Assembly (NCBI GenBank): GCA_047621545.1
Contig: JBLHMA010000001.1
Span: 1 to 54,679, forward strand
From: Cognaticolwellia sp.
Lineage (GTDB): Bacteria; Myxococcota_A; UBA796; CAJQPC01
DNA: 54,679 nt
Direction: 5' to 3'
The notes below the pieces were generated by a model that worked only from the letters and a program-made list of their open reading frames with translations, had not been told where the DNA came from and did not search any database. The translations under genes and the position numbers were made by a program. Positions 27,165 through 37,600 of the stretch are shown in pieces. Within the stretch, counting starts at the first letter, position 1. Every line of letters begins with the position of its first letter.

Positions 27165-28054
27165 CTTCAGAGCATCAGGACCCGGCGCAGCCGAGCCTAC
27201 AACCACTCCGCGTCACCGAGCTCTTCTGCGGCATTGGCGGTCTTGCAGCGGCGTTGCCTCCCCACTCTGACGTGTTGGCTGTAGACCAGTCAGAGCTGGC
27301 CCGTCAGAGCTACGCCCACAACTTTGCAGAGGCACCAAAGGCTTGGAATATCGCAGGCATAAAAACCCTGCCTTCAAGCGATCTGCTCTGGCTCTCTCCC
27401 CCATGTCAGCCCTACACTCAACGGGGCGAGCAGCGGGACTTGGCCGACAAACGCTCTGCGGCGCTGCTTCGGGTCTGCTCGCTGATTCCCGACGCTCAGC
27501 CCCGCTCTGTGGGCCTGGAGAATGTGCCCCAGTTTCAGGGGTCTGAGGGCCATGCACGCTTCTTGGAGTCCCTGGATGGCTACCAGATCTGGCAGGGGGT
27601 GCTCTGCCCCAGCCAGCTTGGCATTCCCAACAAGCGGCGCAGGTTCTACGTCCTGGCCTCGCGTTTGGGACCGGTCTCAGAGCCTGTCTTGGCACCCGAG
27701 AATCTGGGCCTGGGCCAGTACCTGGATCCGCACCCAGATCCCAGCCTCTTCCTACCAGACGAGGACACCACACGCCTACTCGGCGTGCTGCCCATCATCA
27801 CCCTGACGCAGTGCAGCGAGACCTTCACCAGCGGCTATGGGCGCAGCCTGCTCAGAGCGGGCTCCCTACTGCGCACCTCCGATGGGCGTGTCAGGCGCTT
27901 CTCACCCACTGAGATTCTGCGTTTGCATGGCTTTCCAGCAGACTTTGAGCTGGCCCCTGGCTTGGACCGGGTCAAGGAGTACAAGCTGGTGGGGAACAGC
28001 CTGAGTGTGCCCGTGGTGCGCGTGCTCTTGCGCGCTTTGGGGCTGGGTCAGTAG
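27161..28054 (+). CDS. Dnmt2/TRDMT1-like C5-cytosine methyltransferase (probable tRNA methyltransferase); start codon unresolved
   Basis: Motifs: I ELFCGIGG (27218..27241), IV SPPCQPYT, VI LENV, VIII IPNKRRRFY, TRD TFTSGYG, then RRFSPTEILRLHGFP and GNSLSVPVV. The first canonical start (TTG 27254, the ORF track start) lies downstream of motif I. CTG 27161 is the only near-cognate candidate and forms CTGA with the trypsin stop. The stop coordinate is secure. The start is not. Confidence 0.75.
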   Translation: MTSEHQDPAQPSLQPLRVTELFCGIGGLAAALPPHSDVLAVDQSELARQSYAHNFAEAPKAWNIAGIKTLPSSDLLWLSPPCQPYTQRGEQRDLADKRSAALLRVCSLIPDAQPRSVGLENVPQFQGSEGHARFLESLDGYQIWQGVLCPSQLGIPNKRRRFYVLASRLGPVSEPVLAPENLGLGQYLDPHPDPSLFLPDEDTTRLLGVLPIITLTQCSETFTSGYGRSLLRAGSLLRTSDGRVRRFSPTEILRLHGFPADFELAPGLDRVKEYKLVGNSLSVPVVRVLLRALGLGQ

Positions 28055-28056
28055 AC

Positions 28057-30471
28057 TCAGGGCTTGTTCGCCAAGGCGCGCACATCCGCAGGTGAGAGCC
28101 CTTCCGCCAAGCTGCGGGGCTCGGGTGGATGCGTCCCCAGAGAACGGGCCAGAGCACGGCGGCCCAGCCAAGCCAAGGTGCGCCAGCCGTTGTTGCCCGC
28201 CTCGATAACCACCTGGTTGGCGCGCTCCTGGGCCGCCGCGCGATCCCCCGCCTCCAGGCCGGCCTGGGCCAGCTGTAGCTGAATCCGCAGCCGCAGCACG
28301 GTGGGGGCCAGGTCCAGCACAGCATGGGCACGCTGAACAGCCTTCTCGTAGCCGCGCCGGTCTCCAATGCGGGCAGCACAGCGGGCCTGAATGGCGGCCG
28401 CCAGGGCAGACTCCACGGGTCCGATGGGCGCCTCGACCCGGTTCAACGCGCGGCCCACCCGGTCCAGGGCAGAGCTGGCCGCAGCGCGGGAGTCCGGCCG
28501 CTTGTCTAAGGTGGCCACGGCGCGCCAGAGGTGGGCCACACGGCGCTCATGGGGCCGGTCTTGGGCGCGGGCCAAAGCAACGGCATCGGCCAACCGGGCC
28601 TCGGCCAAGCGCAGCTGGCCCTGCTCCAACAAGATCAGTCCCATGCCGGCCTGAAGATCCATCTCCAGCGTGGGGTTTCGCTCCGCACGGGAGCTCTTGA
28701 TCAAGGCCTCGCAGGCCCGACGCGCCCCAGCGAGGACCCCCGAGAGGTGCAGGTCCATGGCCAGGTTCAAACGCTGACCAGGCTCTTGCTCCCCACGCGC
28801 TGGACGGGCTGGCGCGTCCTCGGCCCGGGCATCACCACAGGCCACCAGGTGGTGGTGGGCCTCGAAGTGCATCTCTCGATCTTCAAGGGCCAGCGCTGCC
28901 CGACGGTGCATGGCGTTCAGGTCTGGCAGGGCCTGCAGCGCTGCGCGCGCCACCAAGCGGCCGACCGGTGTGCTCCTGGAGGCGTGGGTGCGCAGCAGGC
29001 CTTCCTCCTCCAGCAGCATCAAGATGTCCTTGCACGGGATTAGGGCGACCTCCTCGACGAGCGCACGATCCGGCGGCTGGCGCAGGATGCAGACCGCGCA
29101 GAGCACGTCGAGCGCCTCCAAAGGGAGCTCCTCCACAGCCTCGATCAGGCGGCCTGGAGGCTCCAAGGGCACAGGCAACTCCAAGACCTTGCCCTGGCGG
29201 TGCTCGGCCAAGGTCGCCAAGAGCCAAGCGGGATGCCCACCGGTGGCCCGGTACAGGCGCTCGGCCACCAGGTGCGGCTCGGGGGTGTCGGGCCCCATGG
29301 AGACCACGGTACGGCGCAGATCCGCTGGGCCGACTGGCTCCAAGATGATGCGCACCGTCTCCACGTCGTCGGGCAGGCGAAAGCGGGTGGCGATCGCCAT
29401 GACCTCGCCGGCGCGCATCCGCCTTAGGCCGGCCGTCAGTGTGGGTTTGTCTCGCGCCACCAGGAGCGGCACCCCCAGAGTGCCAGCCAGCTCTTCGGCC
29501 ACCTCCAGCAGCCAAGAACGCCCAGATCCCGACACTCCCACAGACTGAATGGCCACCGCACGGCCCTGTTTGACCTGTTGCAGAGCCTCGCGAACCGCGT
29601 CCACGTACCGCTGCCGTCCAGCGAGAGGAGGAGGCGCCTTGGCCCCGCCCGTTGCCTGGAGAGCGCGCTTGGCCTGGCGGGCATTTGCTGGGCGGTCCTT
29701 GGCTTTCTTGGCCATCAACTTGAGAATGGCCAGCTCGAGCGCTGGGGGCACGCTGGGGTCGATGGCGCTGGGCTGCGGGATAGGCTCGTGCAGATGGGCG
29801 TAGACCACCTTGTCCCGCTCACGCCTGGGGTAGGGCGGCTGGCCGGTCAGCAGCGCGAACAGGGTGCAGCCCAGCCCATATAGGTCCGCGCGTCCGTCCA
29901 CCGGCTCACCGCGCAGCTGCTCGGGGGCGCAGTAGTTGGTCGTGCCGATCAGAGTGCCGGCGCGGGTGCGCTCCAGCTCCTCGGGATCCCGAATCACCCC
30001 AAAGTCGGAGAGCGCTACACGCCCGTTGGACTCCAGCAACACATTGGAGGGCTTTACGTCGCGGTGCACGATGTCCAGGTCATGCACAACGGCCAAGGCA
30101 TCGCAGAGGGCCACTCCAATGCGCTGGGTCTCGCGGTAGCGCTCGTGGGCTGGCCGCAGACGCAGCTTGTCGGCGTACACGAACAGGTCCTGGCCTTCGA
30201 CATACTCGATGACCATGTAGGGGCGGCCCTCGAAGTGGCCATCGTCGATGTAGCGCACGATGTTGGGGTGCTTGAGGCGCTTGAGCGCACGGATCTCCCC
30301 GGCAAAGCGCTGGACCACCCGGCCGGTCCCCTTGTCGAGCCACTTGACCGCAACCTCGACCCCGCGGGGGTCCACAGCCAGGTAGACCGCAGCCATACCG
30401 CCACGGCCCAAGAGGCGTAGAGGCAGGTAGGGGCCAATGGCCTCTGGGAAGGTGCTCGTTTGCTCAGACAT
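28057..30471 (-). CDS. Ser/Thr kinase fused to a degenerate P-loop NTPase and helical-repeat region (K2)
   Basis: GRGGMAAVY, VAVKWL, HRDVKPSNVL, DFGVIR, NYCAPEQ. Walker A-like GVSGSGRS has an Arg codon at 29518..29520. An Ala/Leu/Arg-rich TPR-like tail follows. Its stop lies 2 nt from the convergent methyltransferase stop. Confidence 0.9.
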   Translation of the reverse strand: MSEQTSTFPEAIGPYLPLRLLGRGGMAAVYLAVDPRGVEVAVKWLDKGTGRVVQRFAGEIRALKRLKHPNIVRYIDDGHFEGRPYMVIEYVEGQDLFVYADKLRLRPAHERYRETQRIGVALCDALAVVHDLDIVHRDVKPSNVLLESNGRVALSDFGVIRDPEELERTRAGTLIGTTNYCAPEQLRGEPVDGRADLYGLGCTLFALLTGQPPYPRRERDKVVYAHLHEPIPQPSAIDPSVPPALELAILKLMAKKAKDRPANARQAKRALQATGGAKAPPPLAGRQRYVDAVREALQQVKQGRAVAIQSVGVSGSGRSWLLEVAEELAGTLGVPLLVARDKPTLTAGLRRMRAGEVMAIATRFRLPDDVETVRIILEPVGPADLRRTVVSMGPDTPEPHLVAERLYRATGGHPAWLLATLAEHRQGKVLELPVPLEPPGRLIEAVEELPLEALDVLCAVCILRQPPDRALVEEVALIPCKDILMLLEEEGLLRTHASRSTPVGRLVARAALQALPDLNAMHRRAALALEDREMHFEAHHHLVACGDARAEDAPARPARGEQEPGQRLNLAMDLHLSGVLAGARRACEALIKSSRAERNPTLEMDLQAGMGLILLEQGQLRLAEARLADAVALARAQDRPHERRVAHLWRAVATLDKRPDSRAAASSALDRVGRALNRVEAPIGPVESALAAAIQARCAARIGDRRGYEKAVQRAHAVLDLAPTVLRLRIQLQLAQAGLEAGDRAAAQERANQVVIEAGNNGWRTLAWLGRRALARSLGTHPPEPRSLAEGLSPADVRALANKP

Positions 30472-30742
30472 TCGGACCTGACTCTATTCGGATGCGTAGG
30501 CCTGTGCGGGCAAGGAACAGAACCGTGACCGGAGACAAGACGGAAGAAGAGAAGACCGGCATCGGGGGGGTGTGCGCCCTCTGAGACCTATGATTTCGCC
30601 CGCGATGCATTTTGATGCTCGACAAGGATCACTCCACCCTATAGAACAATCGTGGGTTGAGTCTTCGGATTCCCCAGAGCTGGCCCTGTATGCCCCCCCA
30701 TTGGGGTCAGCTCACCCTTCCGGGACTCAACCGGACCCGGCC

Positions 30743-33700
30743 TCACAGCTTCCCAGCCAGCTCCGCTGCAATGGCGTTCGCTTCCCGCGTCCAGCCTGCG
30801 GCATCGGCTGGCTTGACGGCCAAGCTGGCCAACAGGCGCCGCGCTTCCAGATCCATCAGCTTTAGCCCCCGTGCCGCGCAGAGATGCGCTGCTGACCGGG
30901 CCACGCGCTCCGCGTCGCTCACATCTCCCAAGACCTGATGGGCGCGGGCGCACTCCATGAGCACGCGGGCACGCCTGGGGACCGGCAAGGCGTCGGCGCT
31001 ACGCTCGGCGGCCTGGAGCATTCGGCGGGCGTCTCCGGCGTCTCCGGTCAGGGCACAGGCCCAGGCGCTCAGGGCCACGATGGCGGGGCCGTAGGACTCG
31101 GGATCCTGGCGCTTGGCCAGGTTGCGCGCGATGGCCAGGTGGGCCTCAGCCGTAGTGGGATCCTCGTGACGAGCGGCCAAGCGTGCCAGTGACCAGCGGC
31201 AGGCGATGGTCTCCTGGTGCACCCCGAGTGGCTGGACCTCAGAGAGTGCCTGGCCCAGCGCCTTGCGGGCCTCGCCGTCCTCGCCCGCTTCCAGAAGGGC
31301 GTCGCCCAGAACCCGCAGAGCGGTGCCCCGACCCACCCGGAAGTGGATCTCTTCTGCTTCGGCCTGGGCCCGGCGAGCCGTGCGCTCAGCTTCCTGCAGA
31401 CGACCCTGCCACGTTCGCATTTCAGCCAGGTTGCACAGCGCGACACATCGGCTGGCTTTCTGGCCCAGCTCCTCAAAGAGCTTCTCAGCACTGGCAAGCC
31501 CGCGCGAGGCCAGATGGATCTGCCCCCGGGCCGCTTGGGCCGCCGACAGGGCGACCTGAAGATCTCCGCGGATGACCGCGCGTGGCGCCGCCAAGAGCAG
31601 CCCTTCCTCCGAGAGCTGCTGCACAGCGTCGAGATCCCCAGCTTCCCAAGCGAGCGCTGCCCGAGCGTAGAGAGCCTGGGCCACTGACTCCCGCAGCCGC
31701 CCTTCGCGGGCGTCGACCAAGGCTTGATCGGCCTGTTGAATGGCCAACTCGGGTTTCTCCAAGCGCGCCAAGACCCGAGCCAGGGTGCAGCGGGCGTTCA
31801 CAGACTCGGCGCTGGCTGGCAGCTTCTCGGCCGTACGAAGCAGAGCCAAGCTAGTCTTCTGGCAGTCCTCCCACTCTCCGCGCAGGTAGAGCACCTTGAG
31901 GCGCACGTCCAAGAGCGTGATGCGGGCAGCCACAAAGGCCGCCTCGGAGAGATCCGTGCGGGCCATCTCCTCCACCGCCATGGCCCGGGTGCTCAAGTCC
32001 CACGCGATGGCCGGCAAACTGCGGCCCTGCATGCGGTGGGCGGAGTCGGTCAGGTAGACAAAGGCCTTTCCGGCGTTTCCGGCCAGACGAAAGTGCTCAC
32101 CCACCTGCTCCAGATGCCGTGGCTGGTGCTCGGCAGCCACTTCCAAGGCGGCGGCCAGAGCCTCGTGGAGGCCAGCCCGGTCTTGGGAGTCCAGGCCTCG
32201 GTAGACCACGTCCGCAAGCAAACGGTGAGAGCACTCGTGCAGTACGGCGCTGCCACGTCGTTTTTCGCGGATCAGACCGCTTCCAATCAGAGCATCGAGC
32301 TGGTCGAGCACCTCGTCTTCGTCCTTGTCCAAGACCTCCAAGAGCAGATCCAGGTCCAGAGATCCGCCGGCGACCGCCAAGACGTTGAGGACCTCTCGCG
32401 CTTGGTCTCCCACAGCCTGCAGACGTTGGCGCACGACGGCCTGTACACCCCGAGGGATCTCCAAGTGACCGGTGCGCACCTCTTCCGTGTCCGCGCTCAG
32501 GCGCAGGCCCTTGGTGGTGGAGGCGATCAGCCCCGACTGGAGCAGGGACTCCAAGAACTGGGTGATGAAGAGGGGGTTGCCCTCGGTCTCGGCGTGCAGG
32601 CGCTTTGAGAGCACCTCGCCGCGGGGACTCTGGCCGATCAAGCTCTCGACAAGCTGACCCACGGCGTACTCGGAGAGGGCCTCCAGGCGTACCTGGCGGG
32701 GGGCCACACCCAGGTCCTCCCCATCCAGAAGACGCTCGGTGTCCTGGCGGAGCTGGCCCTCTTGAGCCGAGAGCACGACCAGGAGCGGCAAGCCGGCGCC
32801 CACAAGGCTGCGGGTCAGGGTCGAGAGCAGCTCTACGCCGCGTCGGGGCAGCCGATGCACGTCGTCAAAGAGCAAGACGCGGGGTCCCTCGTCCAGCAGC
32901 TTGGCCATGACAGGTCGCAGGCGATCGGTCAGGCGGTACAGGGCGTCGCCCTTGGCTCGGCCTTCGCGTAGCTCGGTCACCGCCTCCTCCAGCTCGTGGG
33001 CGTGGGGGGCGTCCTGGAGCACCTGCTCACACAGATCCAAGAGCCCGTACAGGCTCTCCGCGTTCGGCTGCAGACGGTGATGGGGAATGCCGATAGCGCC
33101 GGCCCGGTCCTGCATCGCGTCAAGGAGTCGGCTGCGGCCCATGCCCACTCGCCCGCGCAGGCTGACCACGTTGCCCTCGCTCCGGGTCAGACGATCCACC
33201 GCGCTGTTGAGCAGCTCCAGCTCCGCGCCACGGCCAACGATGGGCGGCACCCAATCCTGACCTTCATCCTCCCGACCCGGCTGCAGCTGCTCCAAGCGGT
33301 AGAGGATCTCTCGGGCAGATTGGAAGCGCTCTTTGGGCTGCTTCTGGAGCAGCTTGGCGCAGATCTCGTCCAAGTGCCTGGGCACCTGAACTTCGAGATC
33401 CCGGGCCGAAGGTGGGGTCTGCTTGGTGTGCGCTTCCAGGTAGCCAGCCATGTCCTTGGCATCGAAGGGGCGGTAACCCGTGAGCATCGCAAAGAGCAGG
33501 ATGCCCAGGGAGTACAGATCCGAGCGGTGGTCGATCGGGGCGCCGGTGATCTGCTCCGGGCTGGCGTAGGCCCACGTTCCCACCAGGGTGCCGCTCTTAA
33601 AGGCGTCGTCTGGATCCAGATCCTTCACAATGCCAAAGTCGGTTAACTTGGCCCGTCCATCTTGATCGATCAGGATATTGCTGGGTTTCAGGTCCCGATG

Positions 33701-34147
33701 CACCAACCCTTTCTGGTGTACATGCGCCAGAGCCCTGCAGAGATCGACAAGGATCTCCTCGCAGCGTGTCCAGCGGTCTTCGGGGTTGTCCAGATAGCGG
33801 AAGCTCCGGATGGTCTGGTGCAGGTCCTTGCCGTCCACGTACTCCATGCAGATGTAGGGCTGCCCGTGCAGATCGCCGTAGGCATCCACCCGGATGACGT
33901 TGGGGTGTCGGATGCGGGAGAGCGCCCGGAACTCTCGGCGGAAGCGCTGCAGAGCGGAGCCCGTGTTCAGCCTGCTGCCCTTGAGGATCTTCAAGGCCAC
34001 TTGATCCTCGTTCGGGTCCCGCGCCAAGACCACATCGGCCATGCCCCCCGTACCGATCCTTTTGACGTATACGTAAGCCCCCAAGCGCCCGCCTGGAGCA
34101 ATGCGGGTGTCGCCGATCTCGAGCACGTCGGTGGAGGGCTGTGTCAC
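30743..34147 (-). CDS. Ser/Thr kinase / AAA-type (STAND-like) NTPase / TPR protein (K3)
   Basis: GTGGMADVV, VALKIL, HRDLKPSNIL, DFGIVK, WAYASPEQ. Walker A GRVGMGRS has an Arg codon at 33134..33136. Walker B-like is VLLFDDVH. A long TPR-like C-terminal region follows. GTG start. Confidence 0.9.
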   Translation of the reverse strand: MTQPSTDVLEIGDTRIAPGGRLGAYVYVKRIGTGGMADVVLARDPNEDQVALKILKGSRLNTGSALQRFRREFRALSRIRHPNVIRVDAYGDLHGQPYICMEYVDGKDLHQTIRSFRYLDNPEDRWTRCEEILVDLCRALAHVHQKGLVHRDLKPSNILIDQDGRAKLTDFGIVKDLDPDDAFKSGTLVGTWAYASPEQITGAPIDHRSDLYSLGILLFAMLTGYRPFDAKDMAGYLEAHTKQTPPSARDLEVQVPRHLDEICAKLLQKQPKERFQSAREILYRLEQLQPGREDEGQDWVPPIVGRGAELELLNSAVDRLTRSEGNVVSLRGRVGMGRSRLLDAMQDRAGAIGIPHHRLQPNAESLYGLLDLCEQVLQDAPHAHELEEAVTELREGRAKGDALYRLTDRLRPVMAKLLDEGPRVLLFDDVHRLPRRGVELLSTLTRSLVGAGLPLLVVLSAQEGQLRQDTERLLDGEDLGVAPRQVRLEALSEYAVGQLVESLIGQSPRGEVLSKRLHAETEGNPLFITQFLESLLQSGLIASTTKGLRLSADTEEVRTGHLEIPRGVQAVVRQRLQAVGDQAREVLNVLAVAGGSLDLDLLLEVLDKDEDEVLDQLDALIGSGLIREKRRGSAVLHECSHRLLADVVYRGLDSQDRAGLHEALAAALEVAAEHQPRHLEQVGEHFRLAGNAGKAFVYLTDSAHRMQGRSLPAIAWDLSTRAMAVEEMARTDLSEAAFVAARITLLDVRLKVLYLRGEWEDCQKTSLALLRTAEKLPASAESVNARCTLARVLARLEKPELAIQQADQALVDAREGRLRESVAQALYARAALAWEAGDLDAVQQLSEEGLLLAAPRAVIRGDLQVALSAAQAARGQIHLASRGLASAEKLFEELGQKASRCVALCNLAEMRTWQGRLQEAERTARRAQAEAEEIHFRVGRGTALRVLGDALLEAGEDGEARKALGQALSEVQPLGVHQETIACRWSLARLAARHEDPTTAEAHLAIARNLAKRQDPESYGPAIVALSAWACALTGDAGDARRMLQAAERSADALPVPRRARVLMECARAHQVLGDVSDAERVARSAAHLCAARGLKLMDLEARRLLASLAVKPADAAGWTREANAIAAELAGKL

Positions 34148-34222
34148 GGGAGCAGTGTAACTGCGAGTACGTCAGCGGACCCCAAGTTGAAACGGTAGCG
34201 TGCCCGTCCCCCAGGAGACTCC

Positions 34223-34639
34223 TTGCAAAGTACGGTAATTTGGACGGTCGGTATGGCCTTTGACGCCTCGCGCGACGGGCACAGCCTGGCCATGGACGCC
34301 ACGCCAAAAGACGGAGGCGACGGCGCCGCCCCAAGCCCCAAGGATCTGCTCTTGGCGTCCCTGGCCGGCTGTCTGGGCATCAGCGTGTTGTCGATCCTGC
34401 AGAAGATGCGCATGAGCCCGGACTCTTTTGTCGTCCATATCGATGGCACCGAGGGCCAAGAGCACCCGAAGGTGTTCACCGAGATCACGGTCACCTGCAA
34501 GTTTTCCGGACAGCTTTCAGCCGATCGCCTTCTGCGAGCCGTGCACCTGAGCGAGTCGCGCTACTGCCCGGTGAGCGCGATGCTGGCCCAGAGCTGCCCA
34601 GTGAACACGGTGGTGGAGCTCAATGGGGAGCGGGCTTAG
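34223..34639 (+). CDS. OsmC/Ohr-family peroxiredoxin-like protein
   Basis: GAAPSPKDLLLASLAGCLGISV and ESRYCPVSAML give the two conserved Cys in OsmC spacing. The TTG start is chosen because the family N-terminus (..W.G..F) lies upstream of ATG 34253. Confidence 0.85.
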   Translation: MQSTVIWTVGMAFDASRDGHSLAMDATPKDGGDGAAPSPKDLLLASLAGCLGISVLSILQKMRMSPDSFVVHIDGTEGQEHPKVFTEITVTCKFSGQLSADRLLRAVHLSESRYCPVSAMLAQSCPVNTVVELNGERA

Positions 34640-34656
34640 GCACCGTAGGCGCTGCG

Positions 34657-37600
34657 TCAGCCCGGAAACAGCCCCAGCCTCTGCAACCTGCCCACAAATC
34701 CCCGGCGTAGCTCCTCCGGCATGCCCGAGAGCTGCCTTTGCACCAGCTCGCGCAGCTCCTGACTCGGCGGCACGCCTAGTGCCCCAAGGCAGAGCAACGA
34801 CTCCATGCGAAGCGACGCCATTCCCGGCCCCTCACACAGCTCTGAGCAGCGCTTGGCGTGCCCCATGGCCGCTCCAGAGGCGCCCTCGCGAATCATCGCC
34901 CAGGCCCGATACAGCTCCCAACGGGCCGCATCGACCAAGGTGGCCGGCGCCGCATCCAGAGCGGGCAGGCCGCGCACGGAGGAAGGCCCCAGGATCTGGA
35001 GCGCCAGGTTGTGCAGCAGGTCCTGTCCCACCGCGTCCAAGACTGGGTCCCCAGCCTCCTGGGCGATGAGTCCGGGCAGCATCGCATGGCACTCGTCCAT
35101 GTTGCCAGCGCTCATGTACGCCTCGGTCAACAGCAGCTGAGAGAGCGAGAGTAGATCAGCTTGCTCGACAGATTTTGCCAAACGCAGAGCCTGCCTTCCG
35201 CGATCCAGCGCGACCCGCAGCCTTCCGTCAAGCAAGGCCAGGTTGCCGCTGTAGAGCAAGCACAGCGCCAAGTCCCGAGGGGCCTGGTCCGGCAGCTTGC
35301 GCTCGGCCAACTCCAGCGCTCGCGCGGCGCGAATCAGGCTGCCAGCGCGCAGCTCCAGATGCCCCAAACCCAAGAGACAGCGACCCTCCTGGGCAGGTTC
35401 TCCGCTGCGACGGGCGGCGGTCAGAGCCTCCTCCCAGGTGCGCGCCGCGTCCGCCCGGCGGCCGTCCTGCAAAAAAGCCTCGGCCAAGGCACGGATACAG
35501 GCGTGGCGAACGGCGGTGTTCTGGGGGAGCACCGTCAAGGCGCCCTGCAGGTGTGTTCGGGCAGCGCTTGGATGCCCCATTGCGAGCAGGGCCATGCCCA
35601 AGCGCGCCTTGGTCTCAGCGCCAAGCAGGTCCGTACTGGACAGCTCCAGAGCCGCCTGCAGCGCCAGTCCGGCCTCGTCCGCGCGACCCAGCTCCAAGAG
35701 TGCGTGGCCCTGCAGAGCCAGGAGCTGACGCATGAGTTCCTGCTGGCCAGCATCCTTGACCAACCCCCGGACCTCCAAGGCCCGCTCAGCCAATAGCAGG
35801 GCGGCGCTTACCCGGTGGCGGCGCATGCTCCATTGGGCGGCCCGAGCCAACAACGGCCAGGCCTGCTCGGACTCGCCAGCCCGCAGAAAGTGGGTGGCAG
35901 CGCGCTCCGCTACCGAACCTTGTCGGCGGCGGTGCTTACGGATGAGCAGCTCTGCGGCGGCGCGGTTTAGGCGTGCCCGGTCACTCCCATCCAGGCCCTC
36001 GAGTACGACACGTTGTGTGTCCTTTCGGGCAAAGCGCAGCTGCTCTTGTAGTCCCTCACCGGCACGGAGCACGATGGGATCCAAGGCCTCGGTGCCCAGG
36101 GCCCGCGGACCGCCGGGACACAGCCCCGCGATCAGGCCCAGATCGGCCTCGCCGTCTAGGATGGCTAGGGCCTGCAGGGCCCTACGCTGGGTAGGCTCCA
36201 GCTCTACCAGGATGCCCTCGACAAGCTCCCTGTGCGCCTGGGGAACCGGCAAGTCCCCACCGCGCACCCGGGCACCTGGAACGGTGAGCTCCAGAGCGCC
36301 ATCGCTGCGCTCACGCAGCCAGCCGGCCTCGTGAAAGGCCTGAACAGACTCCAGGATCGCTCTTGGGTTTCCGTCACACCAGCTGTGCAGGCGCGCACCT
36401 GAGAGGGTGGCGGCTTTGCCGGCAAAGCCTTGGTCCCGGAGCAGCGTGATGGTGGCCTTTCGGGAGATGGGACCGCAGTCCAAAGGTTCGGACTGCACAT
36501 CGATCAGCAGGCCCGCACTCAGGCGCTCCAGCAGGTAGCTAGTGTCCTCGCTTAGGGGACTGTTCACCTGCCCGGTCAATCCGTAGATCACCAGCAGACG
36601 GCCACGGGAACGGGTGTCCCGCAGCAGAGCCTCCAGAGCCCCAATCTCCGGACGCTTTGCCGCATCCAGATCGTCGATAAGCAACACCAACGGTTGCTCC
36701 AGCCCTTCTCGGAGCAGGGGCTCGACGTGCTCCTTGATGGTGTTGGAGAGTCCCCCTTCACAGGGCAGCTGCACCCCATGGTGGACCAAACCGAGCTCCA
36801 GGGCCTGCTCCTCGATGGCGGCCAACAGCACGCTGCGACCGCTCCCTGGCAGTCCCAAAAGCGCGACCTCACCGCCCTCTCCCCGGCGCAAGCCCTGCAG
36901 CCGCTGGCCGCTCTGACGCAGCAGCTCATCTCTGCCGTGCAAGCGCAGGCTGGTCTGGGCTTCGGGAGCGTCCAGGGCCTCGATCACCTCTATCGCCGAT
37001 TGAGGACGCTGGGCGGGATCCTTTCGCATCAGCTTCATGCACAAGCGAGAGAGCTTGCGCGGGCAACGGGGATCCACCTGCAGGGGTGGCGGTGGGTCCT
37101 CCATCAGGTGCTTGGCCAGGTAGCCGGCGATGGAGTCGGCCTCGACCGGGCGGCGTCCCGTCAGCATCACGTAGAACACAGCGCCCAAGGCGTAGAGATC
37201 CACGCGCGGGCTGATCTCATCCTCGGTGATCTGCTCGGGGGCCATAAACGCCACCGTACCCACCAGGTGCCCGGCCATGGTCAGGTTGGTGGTGAACTGG
37301 TCGGGGGCTTTGACCGAGCCAAAGTCGGTCAGCTTGGGCAGGCCCTCTCGGTCAACCAGGATGTTGCTGGGCTTGATGTCGCGGTGAACCAAGCCCTTCT
37401 CATGGATGTGGGCCAGGGCTGAGCACAAGCCGCGCAACAGACGGGCCGCTTCCCCAAAGCGGTCCATTGTAGGCCGCTCGTCCCATCTCTTTAGCAGCGA
37501 ATCCAGAGTTCCACCGCCCACATACTCCAGGGACAACCATGGGTATCCCTGCTCTTCTCCAGATGAAAGCACCTTGACCACGTGTGGGCTATCCATCAGC

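Noticed and set aside
27254-28054. Restriction-modification system around the C5-methyltransferase
   Set aside because: No endonuclease-like ORF lies on either side; the neighbours are a trypsin gene upstream and a convergent kinase downstream. The motif wording matches Dnmt2-type tRNA methyltransferases rather than Dcm.
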